Part shown: piece by piece, positions 42,277-54,662 of the stretch
How positions within the stretch are numbered: the first letter of the stretch is position 1
Layout: each line of letters opens with the position of its first letter
DNA from: Vermamoeba vermiformis
Lineage: Eukaryota
Assembly (NCBI GenBank): GCA_045837725.1
Contig: JBEWZL010000278.1
Coordinates: 372,001-436,000 of the forward strand
Length of the DNA: 64,000 nucleotides
Direction: 5' to 3'
The notes under the pieces: generated by a model
The model's input: the letters and a program-made list of their open reading frames with translations, nothing else
Databases searched by the model: none
What the model was told of the DNA's origin: nothing
Position numbers and translations under genes: made by a program

Positions 42277-43778
42277 ATGAGGCGAGGTAAGATCGATGCA
42301 CACTTGTAGTTTGGATCTGATCGAGGTTTTTTTGAACAGCTGGGAGCAGGGTGCGAGTAAATCAACGAAATCGGTTTACATACCGAATAATACAATATTT
42401 ATTAATTATTGGAATTATTGGCAACGTAATGAACATTATCATAGTCAAGACAACGGCATCTAGCGGTAAAATAACGAAAAAATCCGAAAAAATTAATAAG
42501 TGACCATTATAATATATTAAGCCCAATATTTAATAATATGTTCAAATGTTTAATATAGAAGAAGTTCAAAAAATTTTACTGACGTCGGATCAATTTAGCA
42601 TACAGCAGGTTACGCGCGCAAGTGGCCAGTCGAGATCCGCCAAAAATAGAACTACCTAAATGCGAGCCTTTAAGGAAAAAATACGACGTTAATATGGTCC
42701 GCTCCTCGCCGTTACAATTTATCGAAGACAACAAAGCCAACGACATCCAATACACGAAAGAGCGAAAAGAATACAAAGCGTGCTTAGTCTATTTATTACT
42801 CAAAGAAGGCACTACTTATTGGCGAGACTACGTCAACGAATTATATTACAATTTGAAAGATGTGTGGGACTATTACAACTACAAACATGATTACCCTGTG
42901 ATTATATTCTACGACGAGTCAGTCACTAAGGCTGATATTCGTATGCTTCAAAATGCACGCAAAGATCAGTTGTTGGTATTTAAGAACATTACAAAGGTCA
43001 AAGAAGAGATCTACGAGCAATACATTCCAGATCCGAGTGCTTATGTCCGCTGCAAATTGAACGATACAAATTATTCGATTCATAATATGAACTATGTGTT
43101 CATGAATTTTTGGAGGATTAAAGGTAAGCAGATCTAGCTTTTTATACGAAAATGAATTAACGACCGGATCTATTTAGCGCTATGGGAGCAGCCAGTATTA
43201 AAAGAGTTCGATTATTATATGTCTATTGATACGGACATGTATCCTCTTGGAGAAGTCGAACCGGATCCGTTCGATATTATGCACGAGAACAAGTACATTT
43301 ACGGCTATCAAGATGGTCAGTGGTGACACGTGTCATTTATAGCTCCGTACTGAACTTCTATTTTTAGAACCTTGGGACCCTGAAGAGTGTGTTCCTAACG
43401 AAGCTACTGACCACTATATCAGATGTATGGGCATTCGTCCTGCCCAACCGGATCCGCATCCGAACAACGTGTTCCACGGCAATTTCCAGCTCGGACGAAT
43501 TCAATTCTTTAGATCACCTCAGTACAAAGCATATACTGATTATTTAATGAATTTGGGGTATGTTATTATTCTTCTTTATTAGCTACGTACATCCGGATCT
43601 AACCGAAATTAGTGGTTTGGTCTCGCATCGATGGTCCGATCAAACAATATTCCGCAAAGCACTAATGATGTACTTGCCGAAAGAATCGATCGGAGTGTTC
43701 ACGCAGTACAAGTTCATTCACTCGTGGAACTACCACATCTGGTACATTCCTGATTTTCTTAAAGGTTTGTTTTATTAA
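42277..43778 (+). CDS. Type II membrane glycosyltransferase, GT15 (KTR/Mnt1-like alpha-1,2-mannosyltransferase)
   Basis: N-terminal TM; YPVIIFYDE, NYVFMNFW, PVLKEFDYYMSIDTD, DPFDIMHENKYIYGY, GNFQLGRIQFFRSPQY, HRWSDQ. Confidence 0.8.
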
Positions 43779-43990
43779 CCATGACCATGTAAATATCACC
43801 AAAAAAAACATATTTTACTCGAATAATATTATTGTGTCTTTTCAAAAAGGTGGCAGACATGCCAGTGATCGTGAGATCTGTGAGCAGGGAAATACTCCAC
43901 GCACCTTTTAAGCGGAATTATTCAAAAACATTTTGTCGCGACAAAGAGCTCTGATGAGCAATTTATTTACTCACAAGCAATGAAGAAGAT

Positions 43991-45813
43991 ATGCGAAGTG
44001 TATTAATATGCTTCTTCTTGCTATTATTGTGGAACGGGATCAATGGATTTGGTTCCACACCAGGAGGAAAGTGTGGAACTAAGCATCAGCATAGCAACGC
44101 GCTCCAACGACAGCAAATTAATTGTATGGTGCATGAGTGTGATCATCCTGATGTAAGGTACACAAAGCATCGATAAATTAATTCGCGCGGTAATTTACGA
44201 TTAAATAATTATTTAACTGGTAATTATTCTCGATTTCAGTTATAGTGCTCAACCCAAATTTTTTTTATTAATTTTTGTTAACTTAACATTACGCATTGTA
44301 ATGTTAGGACAGTTAAATTAGCAAAAATTAGCTAATTTAACTAATTTTTACTAATTTAATAAAAATTTCTAATTTGCCTGCCCCGTACTTGACCCCGCGT
44401 ACTTCGAGCAACACCGCCTGTCAATGGCGCGTGGTTCGAACGTACTTAAGGGGTCTATTAATGTGTCTGTCTTGTCATAAACAAGGACGGGCTGCAAGCG
44501 GCTTATCGCACGAAATCAGCGATATTAGTTGAATAGTTAATTTAGCTAAAATTAGTAAAATTAACAAATTTTAGTAAAATAAATTTAAGCTGTGCGCTAT
44601 AACTGAAATCGAGAATAATTTCATTATAATTGGCCCAATTATTATACCACTTAAATTACGCGAATTTTATAGGCATTACAATTATTTTTGACATTGTTGT
44701 TACAGAGATCAGTTCACGCTTCAGCCCGAATCCGAAATACTGAACGTTAGCATGAACCTAGTATATTTTGGAGTATACGACTCATATATTCAGTCAATTC
44801 TTGATGCTCAAGTACGTAAATTATTTGAGGCAATCCGATCGCAGATGTACCTAACGCTCAATTTTTAGCTCAATTTCTTTAATGAGCGGTTTATAGCCCT
44901 AGCGGGCATATCATACAATGTAAGCGTTCGAAATGTATCATCAGGACCTTACATAAAGGTCGATCCAGATGCCGAGACGTTACACAACAAGATGGCAGCG
45001 GAATATTATGTGCCAGGCTCGATTACTGTCTTAGTGACGCAATTTAGTCCCAATCCGAATGATTTGCTCGGATACGCCTATTTAGGACAATACATGCTTC
45101 TTACAGCACCCGAGAAATGGTTCGCGATCTTGGACAGCTTTTCTGCGATATCTCCGACTGGAACGACTTTGATGCATGAAGTAGGGCACCTATTTAGTAA
45201 GTCCAAATAACACCTTTTAAGTCCCGAACGATTTTATTCGAAAATCGGATCCGTGTTGGATCGTACCTTCGACGCACTTTGCATCTGTTCTGTATCATAC
45301 TAACTACCTATAGGTCTGTTCCATACATTCACAGACACGGAGACTGAATGTATTTTCAAGTGCCGAGAAGATGTAGCGAGTGTGGACCGGAATATTGTCG
45401 GTGACATGTGCAATGACACGATGCCTGCCTCAATGAGTCTTACGTGCGATAAGCTCGATACAAGCAGTACGTTCGGTATAATATTATAATACACAACGCT
45501 AATTAATCGTACTGTAGCTGTTGATTGTAATGGAGATCCGTATGGACCGATCGAGACATTGCCGCAGAACAATTACATGTCTTATACACCTGACGCGTGT
45601 CAGACTCACTTCACGAAGCAACAAGTAGCGCGTATGCGATGCTATTTGTCGAGCAAATTGAGTTTTGTCTTGCTGAATCCGCCTGTTCCAACAGCACCGC
45701 CGCTGCCAACTGTTGTACCGGTTGCTAGCACTGAACCTGAAGCTAATTCGGGGCATACGAGCATACACAGCTTATCACTCGTAATTGTAGTATTAATGTT
45801 GATATTAATGTAA
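43991..45813 (+). CDS. Pappalysin-like M43 metzincin metalloprotease, signal peptide and C-terminal hydrophobic anchor
   Basis: KCGT cysteine-switch-like motif, LLGYAY, TLMHEVGHLFSLFHTF, GDMCNDT, NYMSYTPDACQTHFTKQQVARMRC. Confidence 0.88.
44222..44620. mobile_element. Non-autonomous DNA transposon (MITE-like), 399 bp, inside intron 1 of the M43 gene
   Basis: Perfect 24-bp inverted repeats AATTATTCTCGATTTCAGTTATAG (44222-44245 and 44597-44620), imperfectly extending to about 60 bp; AT-rich subterminal repeats; no ORF. Confidence 0.75.
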
Positions 45814-46158
45814 ATAGGAAGTTGGAACAAAATGCCGGCCGATTTTTTTCCTTTATTTGAAAGTTAACTTTGTCGGATGCGACCTTGTAATGAGCTTTGT
45901 AGTAATTATAACGATTTTTATATTACCTTGACCGCTAAGTAAGACTATTTACTAATTCAGTGTAACAGTCGGCTATGGAAACAATCCTCATACAACAGGA
46001 CACTCCCTGATATATCAACCATATATGGAATCGCCTCTCTAACAAATGGTACGCGTTTCTTTGTCAGACGGTAACATTCAGTCTGTGCTGAGTTGTGGTT
46101 GGTGGTGTTCGGGTTCGAAAGATTTTGTGTGACAGAGCAGACTGAATAATCAACCACA

Positions 46159-47257
46159 ATGACGTCAATAGGACGATGTGCTGCATGTTCATTAAATATA
46201 GTCGCAGGTGACTACTGTGAAATGAATGGGTAAGCTAATTACAGCAAGATCAGATCTGAAAAAATCTAATTTTTGTTGCAAAATCTTTTTTATTATTATA
46301 AAATCAAGTATTAATTCACTAAGTTATTGCGAGTCTTCTGCATCATAGAATAAAATTGAATTAATTTATTTAATTGATATTTTTTCTCTACGTTGATTTA
46401 TGCTTATACTTGCTTCTAAATAGGCTTACCTATCATCAAAATTGTTTTAAATGTCAACGATGCCATACTGCGCTTGTTGGAAAGCCTTTCGTACCTATTG
46501 GTAAGTCTACGCGAATTCTGACTCCATCTCGTTTATCCGTCGTCAAATTAACCTGCCTTAACTTATATAAATATACACTACATTATCAATTGGTCTAATG
46601 CATAAATTTTTTTTAGATCTGCCATATATTTACTGCATAACTTGCAGGCCAAATTATAACGGTAATAATAATCGCTCATCTTGGATTAACAAATAGTAAA
46701 ATTAATTATGAATTGCTTATATAGTTGCTATTACATTTAAGGATTTCAGAAAAGGGTAAGTTGCGCGTCGTCTAAGCTCGATCCAAGTCATCGCTAACAC
46801 GATCTCAATACTAGCCAATCAAATCTTAGTAACAGCGGGAAATCTAACGATACAAGTGCAAATAGTGATGTCACGAAGAGTCAAAGCAGTTCAGGGTAAG
46901 TAATAAGAATTATTTTTGTTGGATGCAAAATCGGCATCCGAAACATCCTCTATTAGTCTCCTCATTGGTATTATCGAGGCTAATATTTTTAATAGGAAAA
47001 ATTGCACGAGCTGCAATGCAGATTTGCGCTTAGGAGCACGATATTGTCGAGAATGTGGTCTGCAACAGTTTGTAACAGCGGATCACAACAAACAAGACGC
47101 TGTAACACCTGATTCATCGTTCAAGTACGACTATATATAATAATATTGCAATATAGTAATATTAATGATTTTTCTAATCGTTAGGTTTTGTTCTGAGTGC
47201 GGATCGAGGCATAAAATGCCAGCGCCGTTCTGTACAAAGTGCGGTTTTAAAATATAG
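46159..47257 (+). CDS. Single LIM domain + double zinc-ribbon protein, multi-exon
   Basis: CAAC..YHQNCFKCQRC..YCITC (LIM); CTSC..YCRECG and FCSECG..FCTKCG. Confidence 0.75.
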
Positions 47258-47797
47258 AATAATACTCACCGATGTACTATAATTAACATTTGTATAATTA
47301 AATAATTGTTATCTTGAGCTTTGAAGGCCCAACGCAAAGTGTCAACGCAGCGCTACATCCGCCAACTGTAGCACACAGACCTCAGTTAGAAGATCTAAAA
47401 AATCCATAACAAGGTAGTTTTACTATAGGGGCTGCCTTCTATTCGAGGTAATGTAAATAGCACATTGATAGGCTATCTTGTATGTTAGTAGCACGTTCAT
47501 TAAAGGTCCGTCCCGTACGTGGTCAAAGTCCCTTGGTGAAGGCTTAGAAGGCCCGTATTATTTGCATTAAGTTCAATTCATAGCAACTTTGGCTGGATTA
47601 TTGATATGCAAGTGGTATATTAGCATCAGCTAAGTTGGAACTTCACGGGTGGGGCAAATCTAGCAAAATATCTACCGGTATACCGCGATCGAGGTATTAT
47701 TAGTAATGCGTAAATGAATGGTTAATATGTTAGTTTAACTACAAAATTGTTTATTTAAATACCGATTGGGTCCAGATTTTGTTTCAGGAGCAGTTCT

Positions 47798-48156
47798 TTA
47801 GATGGGAGTCTTAGCGTTACCCCAAGGCAAGTATTTGTAAATAAAGCTAGGTTGGAAAGCATAGACGGCAGCGAGAACACCGACAGCACCCCATCTACAA
47901 ATAAAATCGGAGTTATTATTTTGGCAAAGTAGATTAACCGCTAGAAAAATTAATACGGCTTAATTTGCTCGTGCATAACGTTAAATAAATAACAATAATT
48001 ATTGATATTATACAAATCGTTATTCAATTATTTTCAATAATTTTGTATTTTTCGATCTGCATTCACGAACCTGGCAGCGGCGGGGATGTATCGCTTGGCC
48101 ATAGGAGACCAGACATAGATGTTGTGAATAAGTTTGCTTTGAGCAGGGCGTTCCAT
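47798..48156 (-). CDS. UQCR11: Cytochrome bc1 complex small subunit (QCR10/UQCR11-like), 60 aa, 2 exons
   Basis: Exons 48156-48071 and 47894-47798 give MERPAQSKLIHNIYVWSPMAKRYIPAAARWGAVGVLAAVYAFQPSFIYKYLPWGNAKTPI*; the P.A..WGAVG TM segment resembles UQCR11. Confidence 0.7.
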
Positions 48157-48305
48157 TATAGTGTTTATATTATTGCTAGTAAAGTGAATTCAATAACAAA
48201 CGTGCAACGGCATTTTTGACCTGCGCGTGAAAAAATTTGGTGCGCGTGTCATAGCATTGTTGTATATATTTTCTATCGAAAACAAGCCTATTTATTTATG
48301 TACTA

Positions 48306-51300
48306 ATGTCAGATTCGAAAAAGAAGCGGGATCAAGATCTCGAGGACAGCGAGAGCGAGCGCAGCAGAAAAGACAAAAAGCGAGATCGAGACGATCTGTC
48401 TGCTAGCGAAGATAGGTCTAGTGTTAAGAAGTCTAGAGATAAGGACGATAAGGATAATAAAGACAAAGATAAGAAGGAAAAAGATAAAGATCGATCACCT
48501 CGTGAAGAGAAAAATAAGGACAAAGATAAGGACAAGAAAGACAAGGATAAGGACAAAGACAAAAAAGATAAAGACAAGGATAAGAAAGATAAGAAGGATA
48601 AGGACGTAAGTAACAATATTTCAATTAATTTTTCAATTAAAATTGTAATGTAACGGCAAAATCAATTTTAAATAGGGCAAGAAGAAGTACGGCAAGAATT
48701 ACGAAGAAGGTATGTGTTATTACATAATATTTGGAAGAAATTTAACTCATAATTGATACAGAAGAAGAGGAGGAAGAAGAGGATGTTGTCATTGGAACGG
48801 AAATTCGAACAAAAGATTTTGAGAAGCCTGAATTTGATGCCGAACGATGTAAGTAGCGCTATGTTATCGTGCACATAGCTTGATATATTTAAATTAAATT
48901 CTGTTGGCCCGCATCCGTGTCAGCCACGGTTGACGTTGTAAATCTACTTCCATGCATTCTCTTATGCATTTAATTATTAAACTATGTGACAAAATAACAT
49001 AAATGGTATTGAGCTTTATAATATTGGTCCTTCGCTAAACTCGTATACTTCCTAGATATCAAAATGTTGTTGCGCAAAACGGATGCTATTCAATCGCGCC
49101 AACAGCTGAAAGAACAATTAGAACAAGTTAAAGCTACTGCATCAGGCAAATTGCAAGTAAACGTATTCGAGAATTACTCGCAGTTCATTCAAACGTCCAA
49201 AGAAGTCACGACACTGGAAGTTGACATGTTAGAGCTCAGAAACTTTTTGACGGAAGTTAATTCGACAATTAAAGGCTTGCAGCGACAAGGACTCAATTTT
49301 GACAGTAAGTAATCGAGTTAAAATCATGGCTATTGGTGTTACGGATCTATGCCTGGCACGCACTTTCGGTACCTGAAACTTAGCTTAATATTAATGAATT
49401 ACTGTAGAATCTGCGTTGCCTCAAAGAAGGAGGACGGGCAAGTTGATTCGTGACGAAGAATTGATGGGCAATATTCACTGGCTGTTGGAACTGCCTGACG
49501 AACTTGACATCTTGACGAGTGATCGATCTTTTGCTGAAGCCACCAACAAAGTCCTACGATGTAATTACTATATCACTATATACTTATATTAATGCATTCT
49601 ATATCGTAGCGCGAAAGTTGGTGAAAGATAATCCAAATTTAGCACCCGTGCTTACCTTCATCAAAGACGATCTTGATTCTCGTGCAAGACGTTTGGCCAA
49701 TCAAATGTGTTATGACCTTCATAATGTAGCTATGAAGCCTAATCAAGTTAGTCATACGCTTGGATTATTGAAGAATTTGGGATTCGTAGAAATGGTACGC
49801 AAGTGACGGATCTACAACTGCTTAAAAACTAAAAATAATCGCTTCCGATTTAGGCTAAGCAGACCTATTTGGAATATAAGACTACGCAACTTAAGAATGA
49901 AATTAAGTAAGATTAAATTGTCGGATCTGACAACGAGTAAGCAGTGGCTGATCCACTTATTTTTAGGAAGTTGAGATTTGAAGGAGATACGAGCATTTAT
50001 ATTAATGAGTTATCGCGCATTGTGTTCTCATTCATCGATTCAGCAAGCGACGAATTTAAGTTGAATTTTAAAGAGCCTGCAATGATGTCTGGTAAGTTTG
50101 ATTTGACTCGATCTGGAACGGTGGATGTGACTCAAAGATTAACAAATAGGATTTGTTGCTTGGTCTATCAGGCAGTTGGATTATTTTGCGGATTTATTCC
50201 GTCGTCAAGTCTTTTCAGCTGAAATTGACAACTTTACGATGATGGGCATCTGCTTCAACATTGCCAATGCTCACTGCAAAACGGTACGTCGCCCGTTTCT
50301 AGCTCGCATATACATCGATAGTAATATTTGTATTAGTTGGATGGCAAGGGCCTGGCACTAACGTTCTTCTTACGCCGAGCGTTCCAAAAGGACATTACTA
50401 GCTCGATTAACAACTTCAAAGCTAAGAGCGAGTCCATGATCAACAAATTATTAACTGAAGAGAATTTTGACGCTAAGAAGTTTGATGCTGGTACGTAGTA
50501 TTTGAAATAGATCTGATTTTCCTTATTTGGAAATTTGTAACGACAAAATCGTTAGAGTACTTTAGTAAGATATTAAATACCTAATGATTTATTATAGGCA
50601 ATAATAAGACGCTTCTACTGACTGAGAGCGCAAACTACGTTTACACCATTCTGCAAAAGTTCATTAACGCAGTTTTGACCATTATCAATCTCGAGGCAAG
50701 TTTTAACTATTAATACATAAGATATATATTAACAATCTATTTAGTTGTTGCCCAAAGTTATTCCTGCGATTACTAATACACTCGAGAAATACGTTTTTGA
50801 ATTATCGACCAAAATTGAAACTCAAAGAAATTTGACAGATAAGCAAGTAAGTGCTTCTATAGGCTAGTAATATGAGTTATTAATATGTTGTTTCTTAGTA
50901 CTTGGCTATCATGAGCAATGTAATGAACTTGACGGACGATCTGATCCCGAAGATTACGGCTCAATTTGACGACACGATTAAGCGCGGTGCTGAAGAGCTG
51001 AGTGCACTGCGAGGCAGAATGAACTTATTGTACGCTGATATCAGATTGAGTTATGCGAACTGGCGTGCGACGGATCTGCTCAACAACAAGCTTGATTGGA
51101 GCAACATGGTCTACAAACAGGTAACTATTTAAGACTTATTATTACGATAGGTTAATTATGCTTGCCGGCTATAAGAAATTATAACTGGTGGCGATTGATA
51201 TTTTTTATTGTGCACGGAGATTGACACGTGTCAAACATAGGACTCGATCGATAACATGAACGCAGCGCCGAGCACGAAAATTGTGCGATTGTTCGAGTAC

Positions 51301-51833
51301 TTGTACAACTTGAGCATTGACGTGGGCAATTTTGTAAATAAGAACTACGTCAAGTCAATAGTGCAAGAAGTGCTCGAACAAGTGGCACTCGGGTTCACTG
51401 AAGGAAAGTTCTGGCAGAATGAAAAAGACAAAGTCAAATCTATGTTCAGCGCTAGTGGCATTCAACAGATGGTCTTGGACTTTAAGTTTTGTATTGAAGC
51501 CTCTGGAAACTATGCTAGTCTAAAGGTACGGCTTGTCTAAAAACTAGCGGATCCGATCCGCTTTTTTAGACTTAAATTTTGTGCTTACCAATTACTAATT
51601 ATACTTTGTATAGACATTAGAAGCTTTCAGAAGTGTAATAGACCGCGCTTTGGTACATTATTGCTTAGCTACTGGTACTCAAGATCCGTCAACGTTCTTA
51701 AAAGTAAGCTCAAGTCAGATCGAATAAAGACCGGATATTTTTTAACATTTATTTTTAATAGCCCGAAAAGTGGTTCCAATCTATTATTAAGAGCTCAATA
51801 TCCAATTCTAAAACATTGAAAGAGCTGAGGTAA
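48306..51833 (+). CDS. EXOC8: Exocyst subunit Exo84/EXOC8 (Vps51-type N-domain, Exo84 C-domain, no evident PH domain)
   Basis: NVFENYSQFIQTSKEVTTLEVDMLELR, WLLELPDELDIL, KLRFEGDTSIYINELSRIVF, FVAWSIRQLDYFADLFRRQVF. Confidence 0.85.
48436..48606 (+). repeat. Coding low-complexity (Asp-Lys)n tract in Exo84 exon 1
   Basis: GAYAAR repeats encoding DKDKDKKDKDKDKDKK. Confidence 0.8.
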
Positions 51834-51926
51834 TCATAGTGCGAAATAAAGAGACTTACAGACAAAATTTGGTAAAAAGGTAGTTTATTTACAATGCAAT
51901 TACGAGGCAATTTTATCGAGTGCCCT

Positions 51927-52880
51927 TCAACTGTCAGTTTGATGACGTTTGCGTCGTGAGAAGAACAGCGCCAGCGCAACAATTACTATTGCAAATAGGC
52001 ACACACTAGCGATGATAATGGCGACAGTAGATGCTGATAGTCCATCGGTACTGGCCAAGGGCTCAATGACCGTACACGTGGCACCGCATTCGTCGATCGC
52101 CCATTGAGGGATGGGGCAAACAAACGGGTTCTTCGCCATATTGCATCCCTGGAGCTTTGGAGGCCTTGGAATGGTTTCTTCGAATATTGTGAGAAGGTTG
52201 TCGTAAAGAATAAGCACTTCTATGCCGGATTCGTAGATGACTGGTGGAACAGATCCGGTCAATTGATTGGCGCTGAAATCTAGAAGTTTAAATGAGCGTC
52301 TAACAAATTCATCTGGTATGCTGCCAGTAATTTGATTGCCAGAGAGGAAAATTCTTCGAAGTTGCGGTTGGTTTAAGCCTAATCCGCTCGGGATGGTGCC
52401 TGTCAGCCTGTTGACAGAGAGGTCAAGCTCTTCTAAATTCTTAAAATTCTCTATTGAGCTTGGAATAGTGCCACTTAGCAAATAACCAAGCTTCAAATAC
52501 CGAAGATTCTGTAGATCGTCAATGGCACTCGGGATGGTGACTTGCATGCCTTCAATTCCGTCTGTCAAACGCAAATATTCAAGCGATGTTAATTGCCCAA
52601 TTGCTTCAGGGATTGAATAGGAAAAATACACCGTAGAGGTTTCTAATCTGGTAATATGCAAGTTCAGATCGCAGGTGATTTCGGACCATGAACAAATATC
52701 AATGTTGTATCTATCATAAGTTCTAAGAATTTTTCTTCCCAGAGCAGTTGAGTTGTACATTTGTCTGACGACGTCTCTTTGCCATCCAGGTTCTCTCGCT
52801 TCATCTGAAGCAGCGACAGTAGTAAATAAATATAGACAATAAAATAATACAATGGATAATATGATATGATAGCGAGCCAT
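51927..52880 (-). CDS. Intronless LRR single-pass membrane protein (receptor-like), copy A
   Basis: Signal peptide, CSWSEITC cap, LxxLxLxxNxLTGxIP repeats, NPFVCPIPQWA cap, TM helix, short basic tail. Confidence 0.9.
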   Translation of the reverse strand: MARYHIILSIVLFYCLYLFTTVAASDEAREPGWQRDVVRQMYNSTALGRKILRTYDRYNIDICSWSEITCDLNLHITRLETSTVYFSYSIPEAIGQLTSLEYLRLTDGIEGMQVTIPSAIDDLQNLRYLKLGYLLSGTIPSSIENFKNLEELDLSVNRLTGTIPSGLGLNQPQLRRIFLSGNQITGSIPDEFVRRSFKLLDFSANQLTGSVPPVIYESGIEVLILYDNLLTIFEETIPRPPKLQGCNMAKNPFVCPIPQWAIDECGATCTVIEPLASTDGLSASTVAIIIASVCLFAIVIVALALFFSRRKRHQTDS

Positions 52881-53150
52881 TTGTTGCGCTCTAGTTTGGA
52901 TAAATAAAACAAAGAATGAAAACGAAACGGATCACAACAAAGACACTTGACAGCCGTTCATTGAAAACTCGTTATTCTCCTAGCATGAGAATACATTACC
53001 CCAATAGACTTTTGTATCACTATTAGTATACCCATCCATACAGGTCACCTCAAAGTTTTTTTGATTTTTCATGTTTTGTGGATTGGATCTGGCGTGGTGG
53101 CATTCTTTCGAATCAGTGGTGCAATACAACAATACAAAAACTTTTTATTA

Positions 53151-54125
53151 TTATGGTACAGGACGAGGTACTCTGCGTCGTGAGAAGTACAGCGCCAAAG
53201 CCACCACAACTATCGCAAACAAACACGCACTGGCAATGATGATAGCGACAGTAGTACCCGACAAGCCTTCTATTCTCGTGATTGGTGCAATATTCGTGCA
53301 CGTGGCTTTGCAGCTGTCGAGTGCCCATTGCGGGATCGGACACACAAACGGATTGCAGCTCAGATCGCAGAAGCCCAGCTTTTGTGGCATCGGAATATTT
53401 TCGTCGAATATAGTCAGCGAGTTGTTATAAAGAGATAGCCATTGCACGCTGGACTGGTAGATGACAGCTGGAACGGATCCGGTCAATTGATTGTGACTCA
53501 GATCGATCAAGCTGTACGACATATAATCGCGTACGACATCGTCAAATGCTAATTTAACTAATTCGTCGGGTATAGTGCCGGTCAGTCTGTTGCCTCGAAG
53601 ATTGATTCGTCGGAGTTTAGGTTGGTTTAAGCCTAATCCGATCGGGATGGTGCCTGTCAGTGAGCTATCCTGAAGGTCTATCTCTTCTAAATTCGTTAAA
53701 CCTTCTAGTGTACTTGGAATAGTACCAGCGAGATACCGTCCAAGCATTAAATAACGCAGATTCGCTAGATCGCCAATGACGCTCGGTATTGTGGTTATTC
53801 TATTTTCATTATATCCATCAATAGCCAAATATTCAAGAGATGTTAATTGACCAATGGTTTCCGGAATTGTGTATGCAAAGTAACCCATCCAAATGTTAAA
53901 TCTGGTTACGTGCATGTTCAGATCGCAAGAGAATTCGGACCATGAACATAGGTCAGAATTATATATAGTATTCCTTTGCGCGAATTTTCTTCCAATAGCA
54001 GTGGAATTAAGCATTTGTTTGACAAGATCTCTTTGCCATCCCGGTTCTCTCGCTTCAGATGCAGCACTACTTAATACAAAAATACAAATGAATGCAATAA
54101 TGGCTAATATACAATTTCGGACCAT
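53151..54125 (-). CDS. Intronless LRR single-pass membrane protein (receptor-like), copy B, tandem paralog
   Basis: Collinear with copy A (EAREPGWQRD, GLGLNQP, NPFVCPIPQWA); ATG 54125 chosen by alignment with copy A. Confidence 0.9.
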   Translation of the reverse strand: MVRNCILAIIAFICIFVLSSAASEAREPGWQRDLVKQMLNSTAIGRKFAQRNTIYNSDLCSWSEFSCDLNMHVTRFNIWMGYFAYTIPETIGQLTSLEYLAIDGYNENRITTIPSVIGDLANLRYLMLGRYLAGTIPSTLEGLTNLEEIDLQDSSLTGTIPIGLGLNQPKLRRINLRGNRLTGTIPDELVKLAFDDVVRDYMSYSLIDLSHNQLTGSVPAVIYQSSVQWLSLYNNSLTIFDENIPMPQKLGFCDLSCNPFVCPIPQWALDSCKATCTNIAPITRIEGLSGTTVAIIIASACLFAIVVVALALYFSRRRVPRPVP

Positions 54126-54662
54126 TTGTTGCACTCTAATTGGTGAAAATAATTGATTTGCAATTAAAAAAAGTTGCTTGACATCAATCGTTGTGCCTCC
54201 AAAATCAGCAATACTAATCAAACGAGATCAACATGTAAGATTGTCGTAATATTAATAATATAATTAAGCATAGTATAGCCAGCTAAAATGTTCATTTGCC
54301 TGAAGATCTTACGTAGAGCGGATTAAAGATTATTAATTAAAATCCTTTTGTTCTCTTTAATTATTACTCTAAGAATTTTATATTAATAAAATATGCACGG
54401 GCGACAACAGATGCTAATCAGGCCTTACCTTCGCTCCATTGTGACATCCAAATATATATGATACCGATTTTGCTATGCCTTCTCCAAACTCTTAACCCGA
54501 TTATAATCGTCATAACTCCTGTGCTTGATTACGACATGTTAATGTAGAAAAAAAAAGCACCGGTCCGTTGCACCAAGCATGATAAGTTTGAAAAAGTTTG
54601 ACCAAAAAAAATTGTCAGATCAACGTGTTAGGCGGGCTAAACATTATGCTCATTTCGTAATC

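Noticed and set aside
47420-47535. ACTATAGGGGCT and AAAGTCCC resembling RNase MRP P4 halves
   Set aside because: They occur in the wrong 5'-3' order for the P4 pseudoknot
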